DNA of 64,000 bases from Azolla caroliniana (Eukaryota > Plantae > Polypodiophyta): assembly GCA_043228905.1 (NCBI GenBank), contig JBHGNT010000016.1:3782001-3846000 (forward strand), read 5' to 3'. The position numbers and the translations under genes are program-made. Positions 44,923 through 57,132 of the stretch are shown in pieces; positions within the stretch are counted from its first letter, which is position 1, and the number at the start of each line of letters is the position of its first letter. The notes beneath the pieces were generated by a model. It saw nothing but the letters and a program-made list of their open reading frames with translations, was not told where the DNA came from and did not search any database.

Positions 44923-47900
44923 AGATAGTCAGCTTTAAACCAGTTGTATTAAATGTTTTCTAAAATTAGTAAGAGATGTATCAACCCTTGAACATCATTT
45001 TCTCTGAATACATGCCTTCATTCATATGTAGACAGGACCATGTCTACATAATACCCTAAGCCTTCATTTTTTTCATTCAAGTCGCATACTTTTTTGGATA
45101 AATATCTGATGGTGTAGAACAAACGCGTCCTTAGAAACACACCATGCATTGTTTGTGGTTGCAATTCCCTCTCCAGGCCTCATTATAACTTGGTAGCAAA
45201 TAGTCACGAGCTTGCCCCATACATACATACAAGTTTAGAACTATTAGACGCATATGACCATTTCATGGTCCCTCTAGACTTGACTTGTATAGGGGGGGGA
45301 TGCCTAACTCATTGATGGCCGCTATTCTTTATTTTATTACCTGACTGAGTCCAGTTTCATAATCATGATTCATAACCATCAGAAAACTTTAGATTTTGTT
45401 GAATGGTTAGTGTGATCAAGGTACTAACCAAGAATGTGGGTTATATAATAATTCAGGAATTTTCCCTTTCCCTATTGGCCAATCATATCACGACCTCTTG
45501 TTTGAATAGTTGGCGATTGTCTGAAATAAATGCAATCTATAAAGGCAAAGAATGCTCAAATGCTACACTCATGAATTCTAAGAGAAGGGTAGTTGGTGTT
45601 CAAGTCCAACCAAGTGTTTTGATCATTATTTGCAAAGCCATATTTTCTATTAAAAGGTTGCATATATTGTAAAAACACTTGCTCACTAGGCATTGATATT
45701 GTTTTAGAACCTTGCATTATTTGTAAAGGCATTTTTTCCACAAGATGGCTACATATTACATGTTGAGTTCTCTGTTAGCATGTGCTCAGAAGGCACAAAT
45801 ATTGCTTTGGAATAATAGGTCGTGTAACATCATTTGTAAAGCCATATTTTCTACAAGAGTCATAAAGTCATCTCCTATGAGAAGGCTACAATTTGCATGT
45901 GAAGAGATTGCATGTGCCAAGTTAGCCTTTATAAGGTACAATATTACCATTGTTCAATGATAGTGTAAGTAAGTTTGCAAATTATAATACATTAATTATA
46001 TGCATTTACCTGTTTCATTGGTTTTTAGAATTATATATAACATTGCGTGCTTAATTTGATGCATAATTGTTGCACATACATAGAGATAGTTTGTGGACAA
46101 ATTAAATTGTCATCTGTATGCAACTTTATAACGCATGTTTGGATATGTATAAATACGTGTTCATTAGAGTATAAAATGCCTTAATTATTTGTTTCTCAAC
46201 AAGTTTGTAGCATTCCCATTTATGGTAAAACCATGTAGGTATTTTATCAACCTCCCTACCATTATGTCTGAATGGGATTTTGATGTCCGAAATAAGTATC
46301 ATATGTGAGCTCTAAGTTACTGTGCTCTTATTTCTCAGGTTGGTTCAAACTGGCATAAGGAACTTCTAGTGGGAACTAAAATCTACTTAGTTCCATTCTT
46401 GATGAAGTTATATATAAACAAGGAACGAGTCTTATGTTACGAAGTCTCACTTTTCAAGTAAAAAGTAAAGAACCCTCACATATCCATGACGTGAATCAAT
46501 GGAGTGTCTCACTCACTTGAATTCATCCAATGTTCACTCAACCAATCACATGTTGTGCTAGCTCATCCAATCTCCTGGCCTTCCAATGCTTCACACTTGT
46601 CATGAAATGTTATTTTAAGCAATTTCAAGAGTTTTAGGGAGCTAAGTAAAAATTAAACTAAACAAGCGATAGATACAATGTAATAATTACTAATGCATTA
46701 TGCATTGCGGCCTAGCTACCCCATTGTCTATTGGAATTTGACCTTGTAGAGGTGTGTGGCACACATTAAACCAAGGATGTGCACTTATGATTTGCAAGGG
46801 CGAATAAATCCAAAGCATTAGGTTTTGTTAGAAAGTTTTCTTCCCACATCCACATTGTTGTAATTTGCTTAGCGAGCTTAAATGCATACTATTTGACTTC
46901 ATACACAGCCATCATTATAAGATTGGGGAGATTAAACAAAGTTTAGTTACAAACAAAAAATGCAAAATGCTGAAATATACCATCATGTAACGTTGTCAAA
47001 GAGCTATAAATGAGGAATTGGTCACCAATGAATGCCAAGATTAAGATGCATATATGATACAATGAGGGAGCTATAGGTTATACATGGGTCGATCGGTCCA
47101 TGGCCCTGAGACATGGCCATTTTCACACACATAAGCCCTCACTACAGGTTCTCCATGTGGACCCATGTGGACTCAAATAAGCAAAATGCAGATCCAACAT
47201 TGGTCGTTTGGCATGCATATCCTTAAGGTTCCTCCACATATGTGAGCTTTTGAAATTCTTGAATACCCCTCGGAAAAGTTTGTATTTCCTTTTAGTATGT
47301 CCGCATCCTGGCCAATCACAAATGAAGAGACTATCGGCTCAGAATCGGTTTGCAAGGAGCTTATTGCCTTGCTCACTAGATAAGTTGCCACATCCAAAGG
47401 CCATATGGCAATGCTTGAGATGGCATCTCTTGTCACATTCTCGGAAAAAATGACGTTTCTTTTCACCTTTCCAAGGATCCTCATAGTTTTTCCGATGATT
47501 CTTGTTGGCTTTCCAAAGATCCTCACTACTTTTCCAAAGGTCATCACCATTCTCCTCAAGAATCCGATCACTTTTGCTTTGCGGACGTCACTCCCCGCTT
47601 TTTCGGAGGATTCCAATTGCTTTCCTGATGACATTCCTCGCTTTTCGGAGTATTCCTACTGCTTTCCTGATTGTGATCCCAAAGGCTTTTCAAAGATCGT
47701 CATTGCTTTCATAATTGTTCTTCTTTGCCTGATTTAGATGAGGATTGCTAGCTCACACCATCATTGAATCAGTATAATATGGAACCTTACAATCTATGGC
47801 AATAACATGTTCCTCAATGGCGAGGCATCACTGTGATGATAGGTAGTACCTTCCTTATCATTAGAGTCATGATGATGATGGTAGTAACAAGGTATAACAT

Positions 47901-48119
47901 CAATATGTCCTCTTTCCATGGCCATCAAGCCATGAGATGAGTCCTCTTCACCACAGGAATGTTGATGAAAACCAGATCCAGATGTGGTACTCATTTATCC
48001 ATGAAGAGTTCTTTCTTCTTCATCTTCATGGATTTCTTTTTTAGAACTTCCTGCAAGAAGCGCATCTTGCACACCAGAACCAGTTGTGTTAATTACTTCT
48101 ATATGATGGCTTTTCTTAT

Positions 48120-49162
48120 GAGGCTTGTTGTGAAGGTTCCATGCACATAAGAGGCATAGTGTACAAGTGAGAAGAGTCCATGTACCAAAAGTCCTCCCAT
48201 GGATTTCAGTCACTGCAAGAAACATCATAATCCATTAATCCATCAGTCCTTTTTCTTGAAAGCGTTGAATTAGATTCTATACAATACACAGATTTACAAG
48301 GTAATGTATTAGATTATATCCAATATCCACATGACAGCTGTACAAAGTGCACGGGGGGGGGCACATGAACGCTGTAGAAAACAAAACAACTACTTTTTAC
48401 ATCTTGTGTGGCAAAGAACCAAAGCCATTTCTTCCTGTCCCTTTCCACCTTTTTCATAATAGGCCCATTCCTTGGCCTATTTCATGCAGGAAAAGGAACC
48501 TTGGCCTATTATTAAACAAACATTTCCCCATAGTCTCCCTTGTTTACTAATGTTTCCTTGAGAGTCTCAATAGTGAACATACTTTGAACGAGCTGCTTTG
48601 TACGCATGAAAAAGCAAAGGACGATGCTTCAGTTTTGGTTCCATGGGCCATATTTGACCTCCAAGGATGATTATTATAGTAAAATCTATCAGTCTGTCTA
48701 TCCAACTATCTCTAGGCGCAACGTCTATTTATTCACAAAATACTTGAACATCGAGAGGCAGTACTCAATTCCAAATATAAGAATGCTTCAGATTTGGTTC
48801 CATTGGCCATATTTGACCTCCAAGGATGATGATGATGATAGTAAAATCTGTTTGTCTGTTTGTCCATCTATCTTTAAGCACAATATTTTTTTCTATATAT
48901 CTTTTTTCCTTTTCTTTCAAACATTACATTACATCAGATTTGCAGTGAATGTGACTTCTTCTTCGATCCAAAAACAAAAGCCAGCCATATGTGGCACAAC
49001 ATTTTGATTTTCGTTCCTCTCTCAGAGGATAGATGAGTTACCGAGGGTCTGCGAGAAGAGAGCCACCCGCAGCGCCCAGATGTTCACAAAGCCAAACCAC
49101 ACAGAGCTAAGGCGAACCAAGCCCACGAAGAAAAGCCACCATCCCAGAGGCCTCATCCTCAT
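48120..49162 (-). pseudogene. ERG28: ERG28-like sterol-biosynthesis scaffold gene, truncated in exon 2 (exons 49042-49162 and 48120-48212)
   Basis: MRMRPLGWWLFFVGLVRLSSVWFGFVNIWALRVALFSQTL|VTEIHGRTFGTWTLLTCTLCLLCAWNLHNKP matches the plant ERG28 N-terminal half. The expected continuation (LYLATFLSF...GHFLTE) was not found. Confidence 0.8.
48630..48875 (+). mobile_element. Two short LINE 3'-end copies inside the ERG28 intron
   Basis: ggttccat.ggccatatttgacctccaaggatga...atagtaaaatct occurs twice and resembles the LINE tail at ~57755-57815 (ggtctcataggtcatatttgaccctcaaagacgataatagaatctatc). Confidence 0.6.
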
Positions 49163-50114
49163 AACCTGCTCCAAACTGCAAGATCTATCTGATTGCATAC
49201 ATACCTGCACATACATAAGTTATAACTATTAATAATATAGGGTTTAGGGTTTAGGAATCAGCAACGGTTCGGTTTAGGCTTTACTGGCTTGGCCTTGTCC
49301 AAGCCAAACTGGTTAAGCCTAAAGCGGTTTGGGGTTCTCAAACCTGGACCGAACCGATCCCTAGACCGGTTTAGGCTTAACCAATTTGGAGCCGCTTTAA
49401 GCTTAACTGGTTTGGAACAGGTTTAGGCATATGTGGAGAAAGACGTCAAGGCAGAAACAAATGACATTAAAAATGATGAAATTGTGGAGACAAAATGCAC
49501 ATGTGGAGGAAGAAGTCAAGGTAGCAAAAGCTCTAGAAACAAATGACATGAAAAATGATGAAATTGTGGAAGATACAAATATGAAAGACAAAGAAGAAGA
49601 AGAAGAAGAAGCAATCAAGACTAAAGAATATATCAATGTTGAAGATATAGTGCCTATATCGGTAGCAAGTGAAGCACCTATTGAAGAAGAGGGTGCTACC
49701 ACTATTGCCAATGATGATAGTAAAGAAAACTGAAGATAGTGCAAAGTATACAATGTGTTGAAAAAGAGTCCACAGAAGAGGTAATTACAAAGGCAGATAT
49801 TGATTAAGTTAATAATGGTAGTAATAACAAGAAGAAGTTCAAGAAAACATTTGATGATGAGCTGAATCAGAAGTGCCTTGATCAATCTCAAAAGATCTCA
49901 ATCCTTGTTCATGTTTTAAGCATTTTTAGCACATATTAACATGACATGATTCCAATGTATGATGATGGCTTGTAATGTTAACAACAGATGGGGAAGTGAA
50001 ATTAGTTTTCTGATGAGAGGTGGACTTTATAAAACTATAAATTCTTACTTGAAGGCGTGTAGGCTATAGGCGTTTTAAGCTCGATTGAAGGACTCAGGAG
50101 GTCCTCTTCGTCGT

Positions 50115-53100
50115 TGTTACGGGCATGACCATTTAATATCCCGTGGTGAGAATTTACCGTAGTATTCTATACACGTGGATAAGTGTGAGGGTTAAACAAG
50201 AGTGTAAAGAAGGGGAGGATTACTTTTAATCCTCGGGATTGAGACAACCCATTAGGTCAAGTGTGAACTTGCCTGGGGGCCTTGGGTATCGCTATAAATA
50301 AGAGGCCTAGCTACCCTCATTTGATAATCTTTGGACTACATCGAGACTTTGCTCTTGTGGTGGGTCAACTCTTGTAGCGAGCGCACCAGCACCAGGTACG
50401 ACTCGACGCCACGGCGGTGGTATGGGACGCCGATCGAGGCTCAAGTCCATCTCGATCCCTTCGCTCGGGGGTGGTCGGGTGGATCGGCACCCTTCTTTCT
50501 CTTTCTCCTTTCTATCTATCATTTGTTTATCCTTATCTTAAGCTTACTTTAGTACTAAGATCTCTAATATTTGGTATCAGATTTATGTACTAATGTTTCT
50601 TTGTTTTTCATTTGTCGTTTGATTGATGGTGATCGATCGATGTGCGGTCGGCCTTGATCCAGACAACGATCAACAAAGAACTTCGGTAACTCTTTCCAGA
50701 ATTTTTTTTTCTATTCTCTCTTCTCCCATCTAATCATGTGTTTAGTTTATATGTCATTTTTTTTCATTAAGTCAATGATGTTGTAGTGGTCTTTAATTGA
50801 TTATCTAAAACGTTTACATATGTGCACGAGGTCAATACCTCATTTGACATATTAATAATATGTGATGAGTGTCGTATGCATACGAGGTTAATACCTCAAT
50901 TACGTATTACGTTCATGAACATATGTTACGTTTGCGTATGAGTTTAATACCTTGATTTGTTGTAAACGATATGCGGTTGGTCTTGTATGCGTAAGAGGTC
51001 AATACCTCAATTGCGTATTACGAATATCTCTTATTTGTGGATGTTTCGTGTGCGTAGAGGTATATACCTCGATTACGTATCTCGATCACATCATTTGTGG
51101 CTATTTAATATAACGATATGTTTAATATAGGCATATGTGGTCACATATATACGTATTTGATCGTATATATGTGATAAGTAAACATATGTGTATATTCGTT
51201 ATTACGTGATTATATCGAAAGTTGTCCTTGTCGAGAAAAGGATGTTGGTGGTTGTCCTCACATTTTTGTGAGAATGGCATTGTTACCATCCCTTTTTCTA
51301 CAATTTTTTATTGTTGATAACCCCGTTGATGACCTCGATTTCGTTACGTAAAGAAACGCCAATAGCCATAATGATGTTGAGTACGTAGGGCTTGACCCAC
51401 TTCAAGTGAGGTCGCTCCAATGACGCACGTATCCAACATCCCTCCCTCGTTACATGGATACGATGCCACCATGAGCTCGTTCTTACGAGAGGCATTCGTA
51501 ATGACGTGACCATGTGATGGGCCACTTGAGCCTACTACGAAACGAGGGCTCATTTGGCTTGACCATTAGGTTGCACTTTGGCGTATGCCATCGTAATTAC
51601 GAGACTTGAGGTTAGGTAACGTACCAACATAGTTTTGGTAAATGAGGGCGAAATAAGGACCCTTTACATATATGTTCTTTTAGAAAAAACATATATGATC
51701 TCGCATATCTCTTATACGCATCAAACATTAAGCATTCAAGAAGAGTAACTTACTTGGTTGGCTCAAGTGTTTAATGTATTTGTTCTCGAGGTTTCGAGTT
51801 CAAATATGACGAAGACCATACAACATCCTTCATACATATGACTATAACACATGTTTAGACTTAAGGTCTAAGTGCACCTCGGGGTCCTCGTAATAGGACT
51901 TAAAGAGTCGAAACCATATATATGGGCACCGAAACATAATTTATTGTTAACATTTTTTTTGTGTATAAACTATTCATGACGCGAACATACATGGTTGAGC
52001 CTCGGGGAGCCACCATGAAAAAATTGATATAGAGATCAGGGAAAGACATTTATTTGTCACCCCCATGGTTTTTAAAACACCTTTGTGTTACCATAGTAAC
52101 CTGATCTTAAACCTCATCTCATACGTCTAGAGGGGTATTGACGTGAGATCATGATATCGATTAATGTTTGCCCATGATATGTTTACATCACGACATGATG
52201 TTATGACTATCTCTCTGACCTTATCCTATTTCTTTTCCAGAAATAATCTTTAATGGCTCAAATTAACGACCCGATGTCATCCATTCAAGCGGAAGGAACT
52301 CAAGGGAATCCTCCTGGACAAATGTCCACTGAGATGTATTTGGCACAAATAACCCAATACCTTAGTTTCACCGCTCAACAGATGACAGAACTTCGGCAAT
52401 CTCAAAGTGCTCTCGAGGCACGTGTCATTAGTCTACAATGTGAGACTAATAGACCTTATGAGCGACAAGGTGAACCATCATTTGTCATTAAGCCATTTAC
52501 GGGAGACAAAAAGGAAAGAACCGAAGAAGCAATTTGCACATGGCTGGGACGATGGGAGTCTCATTTTGAGCTCTATCCCACGCCAGATAGTACGAAGATT
52601 GCATATGTCGGCCGAGAACTCAGGGGTAAGGCCGCCGCCTGGTGGCGTGGGCTCCGTACTATGGGGAAATTGCCCGATACCTGGAGAGATTTTGTCACGG
52701 TTTTTAAGGGCCAATTTTTGCAACCTCCCTCTCGAACCGAGGCAGCACAAGCTTTAATGAACCTCTCTAGCAGGAAATTTTCCTCGCTAGAAGACTATGT
52801 TCACCATGCTAGAACCCAAATCCAAAAATCGGGTCTAGAAGGGGACAATTGGTTGATAGCTTGTTTTGTCAATGGCATCCCCAATTCGGACTATCACTGG
52901 ATAGTGCACGATAAGGATCCAAAATCCTTCGAAGAGGCCGTTGAAATAGTTCTTCGCTATCAACGCACTTCAAAGAAGGAGCATAACAAACCCAACGAAG
53001 CGCCCGGGACTAAGCAGTCGCAATTTGTTGGGAAACGCAAGACACCCAACGAATTCCTGGATCGCGATTGTAAGCGACAACATCCTTTTTGTGTATTCTA

Positions 53101-56100
53101 CAAAAAGAAGGGTCATACAAAAGATCAATGTCGAAAGCTCCAACGGAAAGAGCACGACAACAAAGCTAAACCTGCAGACCATAAAGGTCAGATTCCTAAT
53201 GTCCTTCAGGTCTATACACATCATTTAAGTAATTGTCAATGTTCTTTCCCTCACTATGTATTGGGTCCCAATGATTTACTACGTGCAAACGGGTATATCA
53301 ATGGATCTCCCGTACAATTTTTATTTGATTCAGGAAGCTCACACAATTTTGTGAATGATCGTTTGGTTCAGATATGGGGAATCCAACCCACCGTAAGTGA
53401 TAACACCTACACGGTGCACTTGGCTGATGGAAGAGTACAATACATCAACGGGGCGATTCATTCATTAGGAATTTCTATTGATACTTATATAGAGGAAGTA
53501 GACTTCCATGTAATGAATCTTTGTACCACCGATGTAATACTGGGTTATCCCTGGTTTTATAATAAAAACTCTTCTTTATTTATTGATTGGGTTCGTCATT
53601 CCATTTCTTTTGTACTGAACGATTGTACGCATTTTATTCAATGTGTAAAAAAACAATCCCTCTCGATTGTTTCCTCGTATCCATCAATATCTGAGTTGTC
53701 TTGTTCTACATTATTTTATTGTGTACTTGATCTGGACATTCACATTTACAATATCGATAATGTCCCGGTTCAATTAACATATCTTGAACAACAACAACTT
53801 GATGAAATCTTAAATGATTTTCATGATGTTTTTCCAAGTGAACTACCTGATGGGTTACCTCCTAAACGTAATATAGACCATCGTATAGATATTGTACCTG
53901 GTGTTGCACCAATAAGTATACCTTCGTATCGCTTAAGTCGATCCGAAGAAGATGAGGTATCTAAGCAACTCAAGGACTATTTACAAATGGGTTATATACG
54001 TTATAGTAAATCTCCATGGGGTGCACCAGTTCTCTTGGTTAAAAAGAAAGAGGGCACATGGTGTATGTGTATTAATTACCGACGCTTGAATAAAGTGACG
54101 ATTAAGAATTTGTACCCATTGCCCCGGGCTGACGATCTAATTGACCGTCTCCAAGGAGCTCGGTATTTTACGAAACTTGATCTCCGTACTGGCTACCATC
54201 AAATACGAATAAGTGAGGACGATGTTCCTAAAATGGCATTTCGTACGCGCTATGGCCATTACGAGTTTTTGGTTATGCCTTTTGGTTTGACCAATGCTCC
54301 GGCTACTTTTCAACAAGAAATGAATGACATTTTCCGAGAACAACTTGGAAAATTTGTCGTTATTTTCTTGGATGATATTTTAGTTTATAGTCGTACATTA
54401 CAAGAACATGCTAGACATGTCCGCTTTGTTTTACAAACATTGCGTGACAAACAGTTTTATGCAAAGATCTCAAAATGTGAGTTCTTCAAGATATCAATTA
54501 CTTATCTAGGACATCTCATAACCGAACGAGGAGTTGAAATTGATCCTTCTCGCATTGAGAAAATCAAGCTTTGGCCCACTCTTCAAAATATTCGAGAAGT
54601 TCGATCATTCCTTGGTTTTGTCGGGTTTTTGCGAAAGTCTCTTCGTAATTACTCCCAATTGACGACGCCGTTCACTGATCTTTTAAAAGGTCAAACGCGT
54701 AAGTCTACAAAACCTATTGTGTGGAATGCTACACTAGACCTTGCCTTTAAGGAACTCAAGGACCTGGTTTGCAAGGCTCCTTCACTTCTTTTACCTGATC
54801 CTTCAAAACCTTTTGAGGTTGAAACCGATGCAAGCGATTATTCTATAGGTGTTGTCTTGTATCAAGATGGTAAACCAATAGCATTCGAGAGTAAGAAACT
54901 TGATTCTGCTCAATGTCGGTATACCGTTCAAGAAAAGGAATTATTTGCAGTTATACATGCGCTCAAAACATGGCGCCATTATCTTTATGGAAATCACTTT
55001 GTGGTAACTACGGATCATGAGTCCTTGAAATATTTTTGTGACCAACAAGACCTGAAAGGTTGTAAGGCACGATGGGCTGATCTCATCCAGGACTTTGATT
55101 TTTCCATACGATATCGTAAAGGTTCCATGAACACTGTCGCTGATGCACTAAGTCGCATCCGTGAAGTTAACATGCTTAGGTTCACTGAAATAACATCAAA
55201 TCTTTATGATCACCTTCGAGGAAAGTATCCTGATGATAGTTATTTTGCAAAATACTGGGCAAGAGTTGAGTCTGGAACAGACACCACCACATCCTCGAAG
55301 GAATACTTCCACATTGTTAACGGTTTGCTCTACCGTAATGGGAAGGTTTGTGTTCCAGATTTATCCGAGGTCAAAAAGAGGATTCTTTTTGAATGCCATG
55401 ATGCACCCTCAACAGGGCACCCTGGAATACATCGTACACTCGTTCTCATCTCCACTCAATTTTATTGGCCTAAGATGCGTCCTGTCATACATAGCTATGT
55501 GACTAAATGTCACCAATGTTAGGTTAACAAAGCCGAGTGACTTAACGCCGCAGGACTTTTACATCCCTTGGACATTCCCAATAATAAGTGGGAAAGTATA
55601 TCCATGGATTTTATTGTTAGCCTTCCTCGCACCCAAAAAGGTCATGATGCCATCTGGGTTGTCGTTGATCGACTAACTAAAATGGCCAGATTTATTGCTA
55701 CTAAAACCACGGTAACAGCTCCTGAATTGGCTTACCAATTCGTTGACGAATTGTTTCGTTTTTATGGGTTACCGATGGATATCGTGAGTGATCGAGATCC
55801 AAAGTTTACTGGTGACTTCTGGACGCAAGTCTTTAAGAAGTTAGAAACTACGTTGAGCATGAGCTCCACGGATCATCCTCAATCCGATGGACAGACAGAA
55901 CGAGTAAATCAAATTATTGAGGACATGATTCGAGCATACGTTGGTGCAAAACCAACAAAATGGGAACGTTATCTCCCAATTTTGGAGTTTGCTTATAACA
56001 GCTCCAAGCATACGTCGACGGGATATAGTCCTTTTATGTTGATGTATGGTTTTCAGCCACGAGCCCCGATTGATGTTAATATACATCAGGATGAGTTGCG

Positions 56101-57127
56101 AAGTACGCAAAACTTTCTTCGGGATATGCAAGATATGTTGCATATTGCACGAGATAATATAAAAACAACTCAAGATAGAGCGCGTTTTTATGTCGATCAT
56201 CATAGGCAACCTCGTGTATTCAACCCTGGACAGAAGGTATTTTTACGTGTACCTCACAATTCTAAGACATTGTCTACGGGTAAGTGCGCTAAGTTAGCCC
56301 CATGGTTTTGTGGACCTTTTACAGTCCTCAAACGCATTGGGTCATCAGCCTATCGTCTCGCTCTTCCCGATGGTGTCGGAATTCATCCAGTCTTTCATGT
56401 GAGTCGTCTAAAAGAACTTCTAGGTTCTGGCAACAATACAGTTACAACTGAAACTCTGGTTATTTCTGAAGAATTATCTTCTAAACCACATGTACCAGAA
56501 AGAATTCTCGATGTTAAAACAAAAAAATTACATACTAAAGAAATCCGAGAATTTAAAATAAAATGGATGGATAAATCAATAAAAGATGCCACATGGGAAC
56601 GTGAAAATACTCTCAGAACTAATTTCCCTAACTTTCCATTGCAAGAGTGCAATGTTTTAAAGAGGGGGAGTATGTTACGGGCATGATCATTTAATATCCC
56701 GTGGTGAGAATTTACCGTAGTATTCTATACACGTGGATAAGTGTGAGGGTTAAACGAGAGTGTAAAGAAGGGGAGGATTACTTTTAATCCTCAGGATTGA
56801 GACAACCCATTAGGTCAAGTGTGAACTTGCCTGGGGGCCTTGGGTATCGCTATAAATAAGAGGCCTAGCTACCCTCATTTGATAATCTTTGGACTACATG
56901 AAGACTCTGCTCTTGTGGTGGGTCAACTTTTGTAGCGAGCGCGCCAGCACCAGGTACGACTCGACGCCACGGCGGTGGTATGGGACGCCGATCGAGGCTC
57001 GAGTCCGTCTCGATCCCTTCGCTCAGGGGTGGTCGGGTGGATCGGCACCCTTCTTTCTCTTTCTCCTTTCTATCTATCATTTGTTTATCCTTATCTTAAG
57101 CTTACTTTAGTACTAAGATCTCTAATA
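50115..57127 (+). mobile_element. Full-length Ty3/gypsy chromovirus LTR retrotransposon
   Basis: LTRs at 50115-50569 and 56673-57127 (455 bp, about 11 mismatches by eye). TSD gtcgt at 50110-50114 and 57128-57132. PBS tggtatcaga at 50572-50581, PPT aagagggggag at 56660-56670. Internal gag-pol with chromodomain. Confidence 0.98.
52253..56686 (+). pseudogene. Gag-pol polyprotein (gag, protease, RT, RNase H, integrase, chromodomain) broken by two in-frame stops at 55520 and 55538
   Basis: [11 protein letters not shown] (PR), FLDDILVY (RT), ETDASDY (RH), HDAP...GHPG...CHQC and SMDFIV...QSDGQTERVN (IN), GPF motif, PERILD...FKIKW...ATWE (chromo). The gag knuckle is degenerate (CVFY..GH...C). Confidence 0.95.
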
Positions 57128-57132
57128 GTCGT

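Noticed and set aside
47140-47170. CACTA transposon terminus (cactacag)
   Set aside because: No matching inverted end with a 3-bp TSD was found.
49238-49256. Interstitial telomere (tttaggg repeats)
   Set aside because: Only about two units; such short telo-box-like motifs are common in plant DNA.
50307-50552. Small ORFs repeated at 37-222, 50307-50552 and 56865-57110
   Set aside because: They recur only because they lie within LTR copies; no evidence of coding constraint.
50810-51090. True CRISPR array
   Set aside because: Eukaryotic retroelement context, no cas genes, and degenerate repeats with short variable linkers. Kept only as a hairpin array.
51324-51660. Hammerhead ribozyme (ttgatga ... 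gaaa)
   Set aside because: The core lacks the C of CUGANGA, and I could not form stems I-III around any nearby GAAA.
55520-55540. Programmed stop-codon readthrough before integrase
   Set aside because: TAG and TGA fall within the integrase zinc-finger region where Gln (CAG) and Arg (CGA) are plausible. C>T decay explains both more simply.
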